The position numbers and the translations under genes were made by a program. DNA of 63,722 nt, the filler included, from Microthyrium microscopicum (taxonomy: Eukaryota): the NCBI GenBank assembly GCA_010405405.1. It is 26 parts of 25 records of this genome, joined end to end, with 100 filler letters (N's around TTAATTAATTAA, not from the genome) between each part and the next. Parts side by side here need not be neighbours in the genome. Positions count along the whole stretch, not along the records: positions 1 to 8,212 come from MU004251.1; positions 8,313 to 10,754 come from MU004253.1; positions 10,855 to 17,559 come from MU004254.1; 23 more parts are not named here. One strand, given 5' to 3'. The notes below the pieces were generated by a model. That model was not told where the DNA came from and did no database searches. It saw only the letters and a list, made by a program, of their open reading frames with translations. This document shows, in pieces, positions 1 through 14,100 of the stretch. Position 1 is the stretch's first letter. Each line of letters starts with the position of its first letter.

Positions 1-3000
1 AGATTATTCTTATATATATAACTATATAGTATTAAACTACTTATATATAACATTATAGCTAAATATAAATACTTAGCCTAGCTTTAGTTTATTAATATTC
101 TAAGGAAGTAATTATTACCTTAGTTCTCTATATAGAGAGTAAATACTATTTTCTTTTAGGCTATATCTAATAACTTATTATATAAGTTATAATACTTAGA
201 AATAGTATTATTAACTATAATTATTTAAACTATATAAGCTAGCTTACTATTAAAAAGACGTATATTATATACTTTATTATTAATAATACTATAAATAGTA
301 TATTAAAAATATATTTCTTAGAAATATAGCGCTAAGACCTTCTTACTAAAATTAATATCTTTATACTACTTTTTAAGAATTTAAAAAAGCTTAAAGTAAA
401 AGCGTATAGAAAAATATATAGAATAAAACCTAATATTATTATTTATATAGGCTTTATATACCTTATAATAGTCTACTATAAATTTAATATTAACTAAGCT
501 TAGGTCTTTATAATTAAGAACTTTAATATTAGTAATTTTAGTACTATCTATTTATATTAAATAAGCTATATTAAATAAGGTTTCTAGTATATAAAGTATA
601 AAAACTTTAGTACTTTTACTATTAATATTAAAATTATTATAGTACTAAATATTTTATAGGCTTAGCTTCTAAAGAATTTTAACTATAGCTAAGCTATTCT
701 CTATTTAATAATTAAAGAGAGTTCTTATAAAGAATAGTAGCTTTTAATTATAGCTAAAACCTATAGTCTAAAAGAAATTTATAATACTCCTATATAAGAT
801 AGAGGTCTTATTTTTATAGACTTAATAACTTTTATCTATAATAAGTTAATTAAATTATATAGTCTTAAATAACTATATATACTAAAACTTATTTATAATA
901 GTATATATAATCTTATATCTTATAGTAAGAGTTTTTTCCTCCTTATTAAGGCCTAAGTTACTCTATATATTATCTTTATTACTATTATTATCCTAAGCTT
1001 TATCTTCTTTATTTTATATTTTATCTATAACTTCTTATATATTATCTATATTAAGTTAGTCTTATTCTATATATATTATTACTATAACTTTATTATATAT
1101 ATTTTAAGAATATTTATAGTTATAAAAGTTATATAAATTTAGGTTAAGGTACTTACCTAGTATAGCTTTTTAGATTACTTATACTTATAAAGTCTTAAAT
1201 AGTAGTAAAATAATTTAGAATATAGATCTTAGATTATTAGTTAAATAAATTATATACTACTTATTAACTACTCTTAGTAAGGATTTAAGAGTTATAATAT
1301 TAAATTTCTCTATACTTATATCCTTTAGTTAAGCTATGCTATACTATTAGATTAGCTTAAGAATAGGATAGCCTTAATAATTATTAAACTAATTACTAAC
1401 TAGTAAGAAGAATTTTAAATACTATACTACCTATATACTTATAATATTTAGTAGTATAATAATTACTATTAAGTTAAAAATCTAGTTATTAGAGCTACCT
1501 ACTTCTTTCTACTCTTACTATATTTTATATATTTAGAAAATAATAGTAAGTAGATTATTTAATATTTTTTCTATACTTATTAAGGTGCTATTTATACTAC
1601 TAGCATTTAGGAATTCTAATAACTTATAAGATATAAAAGTATCTAAAAGATATTATAACTTATTAGTAAAAATAAATATAATAGGTAAGAATAGTAAAGG
1701 TTTTTACTACTATATAGAAGTATAGAAGCTAGCTAGAGTATATATACTAAGCTACTAAACCTATTACTAGCTTATTAAAGCTATATAGAGGGTAGCCTAG
1801 AGTATATATACTAAAAGTATAGAAGCTATTATATAATATAGCTATTAAAGCTATTAGGAGTAGTAATATAATAAGAGTAGTAAAAATAAGGAAAAAACTA
1901 AGAAAATAATAGAGAGCTTACTATAAATATTATTAATCTATAAGTAGTATTTAGTTTAAATATATTTTAAAATATTAAAAAACCTTAGGGTTATATTTAT
2001 TATAGAATTAAAATATTCTTATTCTAAATCTTTAATATTAAGATACTTTAAAACGTCTAGTAATAGCTTTTATAAATTAAGTATCTTATAGTTACTAAAG
2101 TTTATTTTAATCTTAACTAACTATATCTTAATATCTTTATGCTCTATATTAAAATCTATTACTAAAGAGGGTTATAGTAATAACTTTTTATTCTACTAGG
2201 TATAACTTATTTTTAAGTCTTCTATATCTTTAATAATTTTATTAATTTTAGTTTTGTTAATATTAACGTTAAAAGTAAGTAGGCTAATATCTACTTAGCT
2301 TTTATACTTAAGAAAGGTTAGCTAACTCTACTTAGGGTCCTCTAGTTTATATATATTATTTTTATAAGGGCCTATAATCTTAAAGAATACTTATAAATAG
2401 TCTTTAATTAAAGTTATATAAGTTTCTAGTATACGATTAAAGTAATATAAATCTAATTCTTTCTTAGTTTAGTAGTACTTTTTTATCTAGTTTAAGACTA
2501 TCTTTTTATATAATAATCTTTTAGCTATAACTTTAGGTTTTTTTATATTAATATATTTAATACTTTTAGGTATAATCTTAGGCGTAAATAAAGAAGATAC
2601 TATATATAAGCTAGTTAAATTAATATAGTTCTACTTTAACTATTTACTACTTAGTATAATATTATATAGTATAGCTAATTTATACTTCTATTTAAGTATT
2701 AAAAAAGTCTTTATTATATTTAGGACTACTAGAGAGTAGTTAAAAAAATACTCTTTATCTTCTTTCTATACTATAGACTTTAATAAGTTATCTAGTTTAA
2801 GAGTTTTATTCTAATATTTATTTTAATATTACTTAGTAACCTTAGAAAAGCTTTTATAGAATATATCTATAAATTTACCTTTAGAATTTTTTATAGTATA
2901 GCTCTTAATCTATAAAAGAAGTATAAATATATAGATCTAATTAGTAGTTATATATTTATAGTAAAATATAATACTATAAGTATTAATACTTAGTAATAAA

Positions 3001-6000
3001 CTATTTATATTTATAATCTACTTTTTAATAAAGATAGTAGAAAATAACTCTATTATATTATATATAGTATAAATCTATATCTCTAGAAAGTTAATAGATC
3101 TTCTTTGCTACTATATAGATAAAAGAGTCTATATAGTTTATATAAGAATATATACTAGTATATTAAATTCTTAACTTAGAATCTAATATCTATTATACTA
3201 TTATAGGTAATTATTTAGGTTCTTAATAATTTTTAGTAAGATTATATATTTTTATCTAATTTTCTTATATAAAAGGCTCTAAGTTAAAAGAGTATATATC
3301 TACTTATTAGCCTAAACTATAATTTATTAGTCTTTAATGTTTTAATAACGTTAAAAAAATACGTCTAAATAATTATACTATAACTTAAGATAAATTTTTA
3401 TAAAATCTAGCAATCTAAAGGGTTAATTCTTACTATTATATATAGCTCTAACTCTTATATTTACTAAAAGTTAGTATAAATAAGAAGTATATATTTTTTA
3501 CTTATTAGCGTTACTAATATCTTAATACCTTTTTTTATAGTATATATCTTTAAAATCTTATTAAACTTTATATCTTTAGTATTATTATTAAAAAGTATTT
3601 TATTTAAGTAGCTAGTTAATACTATTTTAGTAGTATCTATTTTTAATAGTTATTCTTACTTTAATAAGAACTAGTCTAGAATATTCTACTTATAATAGTT
3701 AGAAGGAAAGCTAGTAAGCTACTATTATAAATAAAGAAGCAATTTTTAATATTTCTTTACTATTCTACTATTATTATTATTTAGAGCTAATAAAATATTA
3801 TTAAGTAATCTATTAAATATTAATCTACCTTAATGTAGTAATAAGTCTAATAAAATTTTAACTATTTTATTTAATCTTAGTAAATTAATTATATTTTAAG
3901 TTAGTATAAGTTACTAAATGCTATAAAATTAAATATAGTAATAGTATTTATAAAATAATAATATAGCAAAAAGTAAAAAAAAATTAGAAAATATATAAAA
4001 AAGGTTCTTAGCTTATAGTTTTAGTCTATATTCTAGTCCTTTTTATTCTATTTCTTTATAGTAAGCTAAGGATAATACTTAAACTTCTTATCTATATTTA
4101 TAATATTATTAGTTAGTAGTAGTAGTATAATATAGCTTTCTATAGTATAAGATAATACTACTATAAGTTTCTACTAGATAGTTATATAAGAAGGTAATAG
4201 TACTATTATATACTCTTATTATTTATTTATAGTACTAAGTAAGAATATTTTAAGATATAGCTCTATATTAGTACTATTATTAATATATATATTATATATA
4301 TTCTCTATACTAGTTACTATAAATTCTTCTTTACTTATAATTTTATTATCTTTATCTTTATCTTTATCTAAGTTAGAGTTATCTTTATTAAAGCTAGATT
4401 TAGATAAATTACGCTTATTAGCTAGAATTTTATTTTAGTACTAATAAGAAAGTTATTNNNNNNNNNNNNNNNTACTTTTAGCTCTTACTTATATATAAAG
4501 GATATATTTATAAAGGTTCCTTCTAAGCTATTAATTTATAAGTAAGTTTAGTAGATTTATTTAACTCTATAGTATTATTAGATATAGATAGAATAATTAT
4601 TATACTTTCTAGTAAAGACTTACTAGCATAATAAAATAGCATAATTATTATACTTCTTAGTAAAGACTTACTAATATAATAGAGTAGTATAATTATTATA
4701 CTTCTTAATAAAGACTTACTAGTATAATAAGGTAGTAGTAATAGTTATAGTAATAAAGAGACTAGAGAAGATCTAGTATTATTATTATTATTTAGTAACC
4801 TAGATAGCTAACTATCTAATTTCCTACTTATAGTAAATAATAATAGTAAAGAAGAGGAATTCTATATATAAAGAGAGTATTAAGAGGAAACTCTAAAATA
4901 AAGTAGAGAAGAGAAAGGAAGATATAAAAGTATTATAAATAAAGTTAAGTATTAGACGTGCTAGCTAAGTAAAGAAAGAAAAATAAAAAGGTAAAATAGT
5001 AAAAGAAATAGTATAAAGAAGAATTAAGGAAGAAGAGAATTAAAGTACTAAATATAACTTAAAGTTTCTAATATCTTAGCCTTTATAAATATAATCTATA
5101 AATATATTAAATAAACTCTTTATTAAATAACTTAATTACTAACTAAAAGGGCATAGAAGTAGATAATGTAATAAAGTATATAAAAAAACTAGGAATAGTA
5201 GAATATTAAGTATAGAATTAAATAAGAACTATCTAAAATTAGTAATACTATAGAAGATAGTAGAGTATATATACTTATAATAATGTTTTAGATTTTAACC
5301 CTAGTACTAAGAATAGTAAGAGAGTAAATAAAAATTCTATCTACTAATTATAAATATTTATACTTAATATTTACTAAATAAGACTTTTCTTTTTTTTAGA
5401 AGAGATAGGCTAGAATTAGTTAAAAATAAAAAGAAAGAGAAAAGCTATAATAGAAGAATTAAAGTAAGCTATAGTATATATACTAAAGTTTACTAAGGTT
5501 AATAATATAGAAAGTTTATATTAAAAAGTTAGAAGATACTTAAGAAATAGCATTAAGATATATTATAATATTTACTATAAAAAGCTCTAGAATAGTTATT
5601 AGAGAATATATTAGCTAAATACTAAAACTTAATAGTTAAATAGATAAAGCTAGCTTACTTAGAGTCTTATAGAAGAAAGCTATATTTAAACTTAAGCTAT
5701 TATAGATTTATAGTAGTTCTATATAATCTAACTTAATTTAGATATTTAATATATCTAGAAATAGCTTTAAATACTATAAAACTTTCTATAGAACTAACTA
5801 GTATTAAACTCTAAAGCCTAGTTAATCTAGTACCTTATAATAAATAAGGCTTAAAATAAGGCAAAGCTAGGCTACTTTATAAAGAGAGTAAAGTTATCTC
5901 TTATTAATACTTACTAGTTACAACTTCCTATTCTAATAAATTAGCTAATTTTTTAATATATATATATTAAAATAAGAATTTAAAGTAACTTCTAATAGTT

Positions 6001-8212
6001 AAATACTTTCTAATCTCTTTATATATATTATTTAACAAGATAGTAGAGAAATAAAAAAAATATATCTTTTAAGTAATAGTACTATATTTCTTTGCCTACT
6101 ATTTATAAGTAATCTTTTTGCTATATATTAAAAAAAATAAGTTAGTAAAATAATAAAAATATATAAATTTATTAATACTAAAAATATTATACTCTCCTAA
6201 ATCTTAAAATAGTATAAATTATCTAAAATAATAACTAGAAATATCTAATATAATTCTATTTAATATACTTATTATATAAATAATAATTACTACTTAACTT
6301 TAACCTTAAATATCTATTATTATTCCTCTCGTCTATACTATTATTATTATTTATTATTATTAAAGGTTATTTCTTATTTATTATAACTTTTATACTTATC
6401 TATAGTATTAAGAACTTAATTGCTAGTTGCTCTTAGGCTTAGTTTATTTATAATTATAGTTACTTTTATATTTATCTTCTATAGTTAGTAGCTTAGGAGC
6501 TAATAGATATTAAATAGAATATACCTTTTTCCTTAGAATAAGGTTATAATAATATATTATTAACTAGTAGAGCATATTACCTTTTTAATCTTTAATATTA
6601 TTTATCTTAGAAATATTCTCTTTAAAGCTTATTTTCTAGTATACTATATTACTAGCATAACTAATAATAAAGAGATTACTTCTTTTTAGTTACTTAAATA
6701 TCTACTTATTTAATTCCTAATAAAACTTATACTAGAGACTAATTAACTAATAATAAACCTCTACTAGTCTAAATATATATTTTAAATCCTTATCTACTAG
6801 TTTTTTAATAAGAGTTATAGGATCTTTAGTTAGATACTAAATAGTAGATTCTATATTACTAAAGAATAAATCTTTATAAAATACATAATAGGTAGTTATA
6901 TATATAAATTTAATATATAGCTTATTATTAAATGCCTTTCTATATACTTATTTAAAATTATACTACTCTTTAGGTATACTACTTAAGTATACTTATAGTA
7001 AATATTTAAACTTATAAAGAAGAATTAGTATATAGGTAATCTAATCATTATATAGAAAGGAAGTATCTATATTACTACTATAGTTAGTAATAATAATATA
7101 ATCTTTATTAATAGCCTTAGGTTAACGTAGTTTACTAGGTAGCTTTTTATTTAATTTTGTTACAAAATATTAAGCTTTAACTTTAGTAAGTTAGACTATT
7201 CTTAGTTTATACTAATCTTTAGAAACTAGTTATTTTCTTACCTTCTTAGCTAATATCTTTATATTACTCTACTTTATAATCTTTATTATACTATTAATAT
7301 TAGCCTACTTTAATAATACTAGCTAACTTTAAGATATAATATACTAGATAGTAATATCTTAGTTTAATTAATATAGTATAGTATTTATACTTAAACTTTA
7401 TAAATAAAAGAAGTAGTTACTAGCTCTACTAGGCTTTAATAAATATTAAAGGTTAGTAAATAAGAATATAATAAATATTACTAAATTATACCTACTTATT
7501 AATATAATATTTAAACTTTACCTAAAGTATAATAAAGAATAATAGAAAAAGAAAAAGTAGAAGAAAAAGTAGAAGAAAAAGTAAAAGAAGAAGTAGAAAA
7601 AGAAAAAGAAAATAGAAATAAATTTTATAGTAGATATATATAATACTAAGTATATTATATAAAATAAATAAGCTTCCCTTTAAAGTTAACTTAACTACTA
7701 TATAGAGAAAGTAGATATTTACTACCTAGTATAGACTTAGCTTATAATTACCTATAATAGTAAAAGAGTTAAAATAATTATATAGATAGCGTAGAATTAT
7801 AAGCTTATTTTTATTACTAGAGGCGTAGTAGCTAGAACTAAGCTCTTTTCTATAGTAGTTTTATAGCTATTAGTAAAAAATATATACTAGCTTAATAAAA
7901 ATAAAGTAAATAAAATATAAAGTAATACTAATTAATAATTATTTATACTTATATTAAGTAAATATTTAACTTAAATAGTATTAAGTATAGTATATATACT
8001 AAGTATAAGCTAGATAGGTCTATTAAAGTTAGTAAAATAAAGAATAATAATAATAAGTAAAAGAATATAAGAAGATTTATAAAAGTTAATTATACTATAT
8101 AAAGTATATATAAATAACTATAATATTTTATAAAGTATATATAATAAATAGAAGTAAAAATAAAATAAAATAATAAAAACGCTATATACTAATTTATAAT
8201 ATAAATTAGAAG
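1..8212. repeat. Heavily RIP-mutated AT-rich DNA, ancestral identity not recognised (15-N gap at 4458-4472)
   Basis: Very few CA/TG dinucleotides, excess TA/TAG/TAA, no ORF in the supplied track. Pattern expected after saturating C->T RIP. Confidence 0.8.
4593..4736. repeat. Tandem repeat, 3 x 48 bp
   Basis: Unit ATAATTATTATACTTYYTAGTAAAGACTTACTAGYATAAT... starts at 4593, 4641 and 4689. Confidence 0.85.
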
Positions 8213-8312
8213 NNNNNNNNNNNNNNNNNNNNNNNNNNNNNNNNNNNNNNNNNNNNTTAATTAATTAANNNNNNNNNNNNNNNNNNNNNNNNNNNNNNNN
8301 NNNNNNNNNNNN
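8213..8312. other. Artificial contig linker (44N-TTAATTAATTAA-44N), first of 25 in the window
   Basis: The same 100-bp block recurs, e.g. 10755-10854, 17560-17659, 24304-24403, through 62267-62366. The 12-mer gives stops in all six frames. Confidence 0.98.
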
Positions 8313-10754
8313 ACTACTACCTTATATACTACTCTAAATATTTATAAGAGCTATAAGTCTAGTACCTAATACTTATAGTAGCCTAGCTAGAAGTTCTATT
8401 AGTATTTATAATTTAGGTATAGCTAAAGATATAGTAAAGAGATTAGGTAGCTTAAAGCTACTTAATAGTATACTAAATAGATTTACTACTATAACTAATA
8501 CTTAAGCTAGAGTACTAAAAAGATTAAATACTATAATTAGTACTTATATAAAAGCTAGAGTAAGTACTTAAGTAAGTATCTAGGTAATAGATACTATAAG
8601 TTAAATAGCTAAGAGGCTAGACTATAGTTAAATATTAGTAGTAAAGTCTAATACTATAGCTAAAGGTACTAGCTAAGTAATTTTAGTAATTTTTTAAACT
8701 TTAATAACTAGATATTATAAAGTCTCTTTAATAGTAGTCTTAATAACTCCTAGCTTTATAAAAGTACTATTTACTTTTTTATTAGCTATACTTAGCTTTA
8801 TACTATTTTACTTACTTTTAAAGTTCTTAGTATTATTTATAGCTTCTTTTTTTTAGACTTTAAAGCTAGTTTAGAGTTCTTATATCTTTTACTTATACTT
8901 AACTTTAATCTTCTTTTTAGTCTTTCTAACTTATATAGTAATAGTTTGCTTAATAATACTTTTAATAGTATTATTAGTATTAATAAATATATAAATATCT
9001 ATAAGTATTAAAGTAGCTAAGTTTAAGAGTAATAAATTACTAAATAGCTTACTAATCTTAGAGTTCTTAGTTTTAGTAGGTTTAGAATTAGTAATAGGTA
9101 TTATAGTACTTAATTTAGATTTTAAAGCTTTTAGCTCTATTATATAACTAGCTTTAATATCCTTAATTACCTTTTTATTTTTAGCTTTACACTCTTATAA
9201 TTTAGTATTTAAGGTAGTTTTTATCTTTTTTATCTAAATCTTAAGTTTCTCTTTAGCCTAGCTTTTAAGAGACTTATAATATTCCTTTAATTTAGCTTTA
9301 TACTTAGCTACTTACTATTTAAGTTCTTATTTACTAAGTATAGGCTATCTATCTTTGCTATTAGCTAGTAGAGCTTAACTATTTAAAGTTATTATAGTAC
9401 TAATATAAGTAGTTTTAAGCTCTTACTAAGTAGTAGCTAATTAGGTATAGAAAGTATTAAGTTTTTTAGATAATAAGTTATTCTATATAAAAATATTAAC
9501 TTATTATAATTAAGTAATTTTAGTAGTAGTTAATTCTAGCTATTATTATAGTTCTAACTATATTAAGTTAGTAATTTATTCTAAGCTTATACTTATAGTA
9601 AAATAACTTATAATTTAACTTTAAAAAGCCTAGATATAATCTTAAACTTCTTAGCTCTTAACTTAAAGAATAATATATTATTATTACTCTTTCTTAATCT
9701 TAAACTTTATAGCTATAATTTATACTTTATAGGTAGTAATATTAATATTAGACGTATTATTATCTTTATTAATCTAATCTTCTTCTAATTCCTTAGTAGT
9801 AAAGATATAATTATATTTAATTTATATAGTTTATAGTTATTATTTAGTAGAAGAAAATTCTTTAGTAAGCTCTAATTTTTCTTTTTAAAGCTTCTTAATT
9901 TAAGTTTATAAGTCTATAATAATACTTTCTTATTCTTAGGCTTTATTCTTAGATTATTTTATAATTTTATTTCTATACTCTTAGAATTATATATTAAGCG
10001 TCTTAGTATTCTCTTAAATCTTAGTATTTATATTATTAGTAATAGTTTAGAGTACTTTCTTTTTACTAATAATAGTATTACGTTTAGTTTTAAGTTCTTT
10101 AATATAAGTTTTAAGTACTTTAAACTCTTAAGAATTAATATAATTATATTTTTAAAAAATATTCTAGATTTATTTTTAGGAATAGTTATAGTTCTTTTAT
10201 AGAAGTTTAATCTCTCTATCTTTATTCTCTATTTTATTCTTAAGTTTATTAATATAAGCCTAAAGTAGCTTAAGTTAAGTACTTAGTATCTTAACTTTTA
10301 TAATCTTTTTAGCTAGCTAAGCTTAAGCTTAATAGGCTTTAATATAAAGTAAAGTATTACTCTTTTAAAAGAGATTAAGTTAGTTAATTAACTTTATAAG
10401 CTTAATATAGCTTATAGTAGTCTATTCTTAGTCTAAATAAGATTAGCATTTATAGTTAAGTTTCTTATAAGCTTTATTAAGTTAGCTTTTAGTAAGCTTA
10501 TACTTTTACTTATAGTACTTATACTTTTAAGATAATAGTTTAAGTTATACTTTAATAATTTCTTTCTTATTCTTAAGCTAAGTAATAATCTTATTATAGT
10601 TATTATTATTAAATACTAGAGTACTTTATTAATTTATAAAAGATTTAGGTATAGGTTTTACTTACTTAAGAATAGTAATTAGGCCTCTAAGTATTAATAG
10701 CCTTTAGCTAGGTATAAAGATAAGTATTTTAAAAGTTAATATCTTTATAATAAG
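8313..10754. repeat. Heavily RIP-mutated AT-rich contig, identity not recognised
   Basis: Same CpA/TpG depletion; no ORFs in the track. Confidence 0.75.
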
Positions 10755-10854
10755 NNNNNNNNNNNNNNNNNNNNNNNNNNNNNNNNNNNNNNNNNNNNTT
10801 AATTAATTAANNNNNNNNNNNNNNNNNNNNNNNNNNNNNNNNNNNNNNNNNNNN

Positions 10855-11008
10855 TATTAGAAGATCACCAAAAGGGACAAAGGTTTGGTAGTAGAATATG
10901 AGATGGATTTTTCACTAAGTCCTCGATCTGAAGATCTGGGGGCTGTCTACTACTTATACAATTTGTGCTGAGTCAGCATATCTTGATGTTGTTCAACATC
11001 TTCAAACA
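10855..11008 (-). repeat. 3' LTR, complete, 154 bp (TGTTTGAAGAT...ATCTTCTAATA)
   Basis: Starts immediately after the PPT. Its distal 95 bp are repeated at 17465-17559 next to the PBS. Imperfect 11-bp terminal inverted repeats. Confidence 0.93.
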
Positions 11009-11017
11009 CTCCCCCTT
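11009..11017 (-). other. Polypurine tract (AAGGGGGAG)
   Basis: CTCCCCCTT on + strand directly abutting the LTR TG. Confidence 0.92.
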
Positions 11018-11163
11018 GATGGCGGCGCAAATTGCAATTTCCTTTTCATGTTTAGCGATACCAGCATACGACGCAAGTCGGTGTTGGCTGAATGAGGCGC
11101 TACCAGCATACGACGGAAGTCGGTGCTGGCTGTAGATAGGACGCAGGGGCAAGCTGTTGACGT

Positions 11164-14100
11164 TCAGGCGCGGTTTCCAAGATCCACAAGTCCAAGGTCT
11201 CTCACGAAGTTGTCGTATTTGATTGCGACCAGTGGCTTGGTAAGACCATCAGCAGTGTTGGCTGCTGTTGGCACCCAGTTCATGATGATCTCGCCTTTGG
11301 CGACTCGATCACGAACGAAGTGGTATCGAATATCAATGTGTTTCGATCTCTTGTGGAATTGAGGGTTCTTGGCTAAAGCCAATGCTCCGTAGTTGTCGCC
11401 ATTAATGGTTATGGCTGATGGGCCCTTGTAGCCAAAGGCCTTAAGCAAGCCTCGCAACCAGACGGCCTCTTTTGCGGCTTCAGATTCGGCAATGTATTCA
11501 GCCTCGCAACTGGATAAAGCCACTGTTGCTTGACGCTTCGAGCTCCAGCTGATAGCCATGCCTCCAATTTTGAAGACATACCCACCTGTTGATCTCCGCT
11601 TCTCTTCATCACCACCCCAGTTGGAGTCAGTCCAGCCAATGAGGTCTACCTCTTTGCTGCTGTTCTTGATGACCAGTCCATGGTTCATGGTTCTTGAGAG
11701 GTATTTGAGGAGATGTTTGCCAGCGGCGATGTGGTGCTTGTCGGGATTGGCAGAGAAGCGACTCAGAACTGATATGGCGTAGCAAAGATCAGGCCTGGTG
11801 CAGAGCATGAGGTACATTACGGAGCCTACTAGCGATTGGTACCATTTGAGGTCCTTGTCGGAGGCTTTGTGTCCTTCTGGAGCTGAGACCAGCTTGCAGT
11901 TTTCAAGCATGGGAGTTTTGACCCCTTTGTCGATGCCGTCGAAGTAGAAGTCTTCGATGATCTTCTTGCAATAGGCACCTTGAGACATCGTGAGCCGTGT
12001 ACCGCGAGCGAGGTTCTCTTTGTGAATTTTGATGCCAAGATAGTGAGAGGCTTCTCCGAGGTCTGTCATCTCGAACTTGGCTGTGAGCTTTGACTTGAGT
12101 ATTTCGATGGCTTTGATATGTTCTCCAAAGATGAGGAGATCGTCAACGTAGACAGCAATGATGATGTTTGTCTTGTGATTGATGAATACACTTTCGTCGT
12201 ATTGACAGGGGACAAAGCCAAGTGCAGCCAGAGCTTTTGATAGGGTGATTTGCCAAATCCGAGGTGCTTGCTTGAGTCCATAAATGGCCTTGCGGAGCTT
12301 GGCCACCATGCCGGGTTGTTGTTCGTTGGGAGGAAGCTCCATGTAGACATCTGGGCAGTCGCCTTCGGTGTTGATATCTCCATAGAGAAATGCAGTCTTC
12401 ACGTCCATCTGGTGAACATGCCATCCTCGAAGTGTTGCTAGAGCAAAGAGTAGTCTCCAGCTCATTGATTTAACAACGGAAGCAAAGGTTTCGAAGTAAT
12501 CAACTCCGTAAGCTTGTTCAAAGCCGCGAGCGACCCAGCGTGCTTTCCAACGAATGATTTCCCCATCAGCGTCATACTTGTGTTTGAGGACATAACGACC
12601 AGAGACAATGTGGGCACCCTCTGGCCGAGGTACAACTTCCCATGTGCCGTTCTTTTTGAGGGATAGGCATTCATCGTTGACGGCGCTCATCCACTTGTCG
12701 ACATCTGGAGATCGGAGCATGTGGTTGTAGCTTTTCGGCTCGAGATGGTTGCGATCTTTTCCAAGCAGACAGAAGTTAGCTTGCTCGGCGATGAGGGCAT
12801 TGGCAATTGTTTGATGTTTTTCGGCCACAGCGAGTATTGCAATTCGCTGAGTGACATCCTTAAATGTAGTCTCGGACCAAGCTGGTTGGGGTTCCTGACT
12901 GAAGAGGGTGAGACAAGTGTCCCCTTCGTTATCTTGAACACGACGGATGAGTTCTCCGTCATGGGTGACCATGTCATCGTAAAGAGGAGACTGATTTGTA
13001 ACATCGTTCTCCCCCTCAAAGCAGTCTGCGGCTTTACGTTTTGAAGAACGCTCCCCCTCGAGGGAAGGAGAGGGTGACTTGTCGTGAAGATGAAGCTTGC
13101 ACAGGCTGGCAATAAGCACAGTGTAGTCCGTTTGGAGGACATTGAACATATGCTGAGGGAAGTCCGATGTCTCTGGGAAGATGTCTTCCTCAAAGTGCAG
13201 GTCTCGAACAATTTCCACAATCTTCTTATGGGTGTTCCAGACACGGTATTGATTCGAGGAGATTTGAACTCCAAAACCAGCTCTGCCGTAGCCAAGCAGA
13301 AAGCATTTCTCAGACCTTGGGTCGGTCTTTTTGAGTTGTTCACGAGGAACTGTCTTCCAGCATTGACAGCCAATGACTTTGAGGTTCCTCATGTCAGGCT
13401 TCTTGCCAAAGAATTTGAAGTAAGGGGATTTGCCGTCATTTGAACTTGTCGCAGCAATATTGCTGAGGACGGCGGCGGTGCTGATCATCTCTGTAAAGAG
13501 TGTCGGCGGAAGATTTGCATGGTATAGCAGAGCTCTGGCAACGTTACCAAGAGTCTGCATGCTCCTTTCGGAGACTCCGTTTTGCTCAGGATTGTACGGA
13601 GCTGTTGGTTCGGGGCGAATTCCACATTCACGCTGCATAACGTCCATGTCAACGTTGCGAAACTCTGAACCATTGTCATATCGCATGATCTTCACTTCAG
13701 CATCGTATTCCTTCTCAACCCATGTCTTCCATTCTTTGATGAGGAAGGGAACATTGGCTTTGCTGGTGGTGAATCGTACCCAGCGATAGCGAGAGTAGTC
13801 ATCAGTAATGACAAGCCAGTAAAGTTTCTGGCCTTTGCCGCTGGCGGCAGGGTTGGTGAACGGACCACCGAGATCCAAGTGAACTCTTTCGAGTCTTCTT
13901 GTGGCTCTGTCTTTGGCCGGCGAAGAGATATTGTTTCTCCGTTGGCTGGCCTTTTGACAAGCCTGACATCCCCCGATGTGGGTCCGAGTGAGTTTGATTT
14001 GGCCCTCAAGGGTCTTGCGAATACGGTTTTCACCAATATGGCCAAGTCGTTGATGCCACAGCTGGGCAGGCACTGCACGTTCCCTAAGCGTAAGAACAGT

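Noticed and set aside
3040..3420. Possible HET-domain relic on the minus strand (FRLLD-like word)
   Set aside because: Too degraded; I could not recover a consistent series of motifs in one frame.
8257..8268. Recurrent TTAATTAATTAA motif as a biological repeat
   Set aside because: Always centred in exactly 44+44 Ns; it is a six-frame-stop spacer added during concatenation.
1..10754. Mitochondrial or naturally AT-rich organism DNA
   Set aside because: No ORFs, tRNAs or rRNA seen. The specific CpA/TpG loss and the decayed fungal TE motifs elsewhere indicate RIP.
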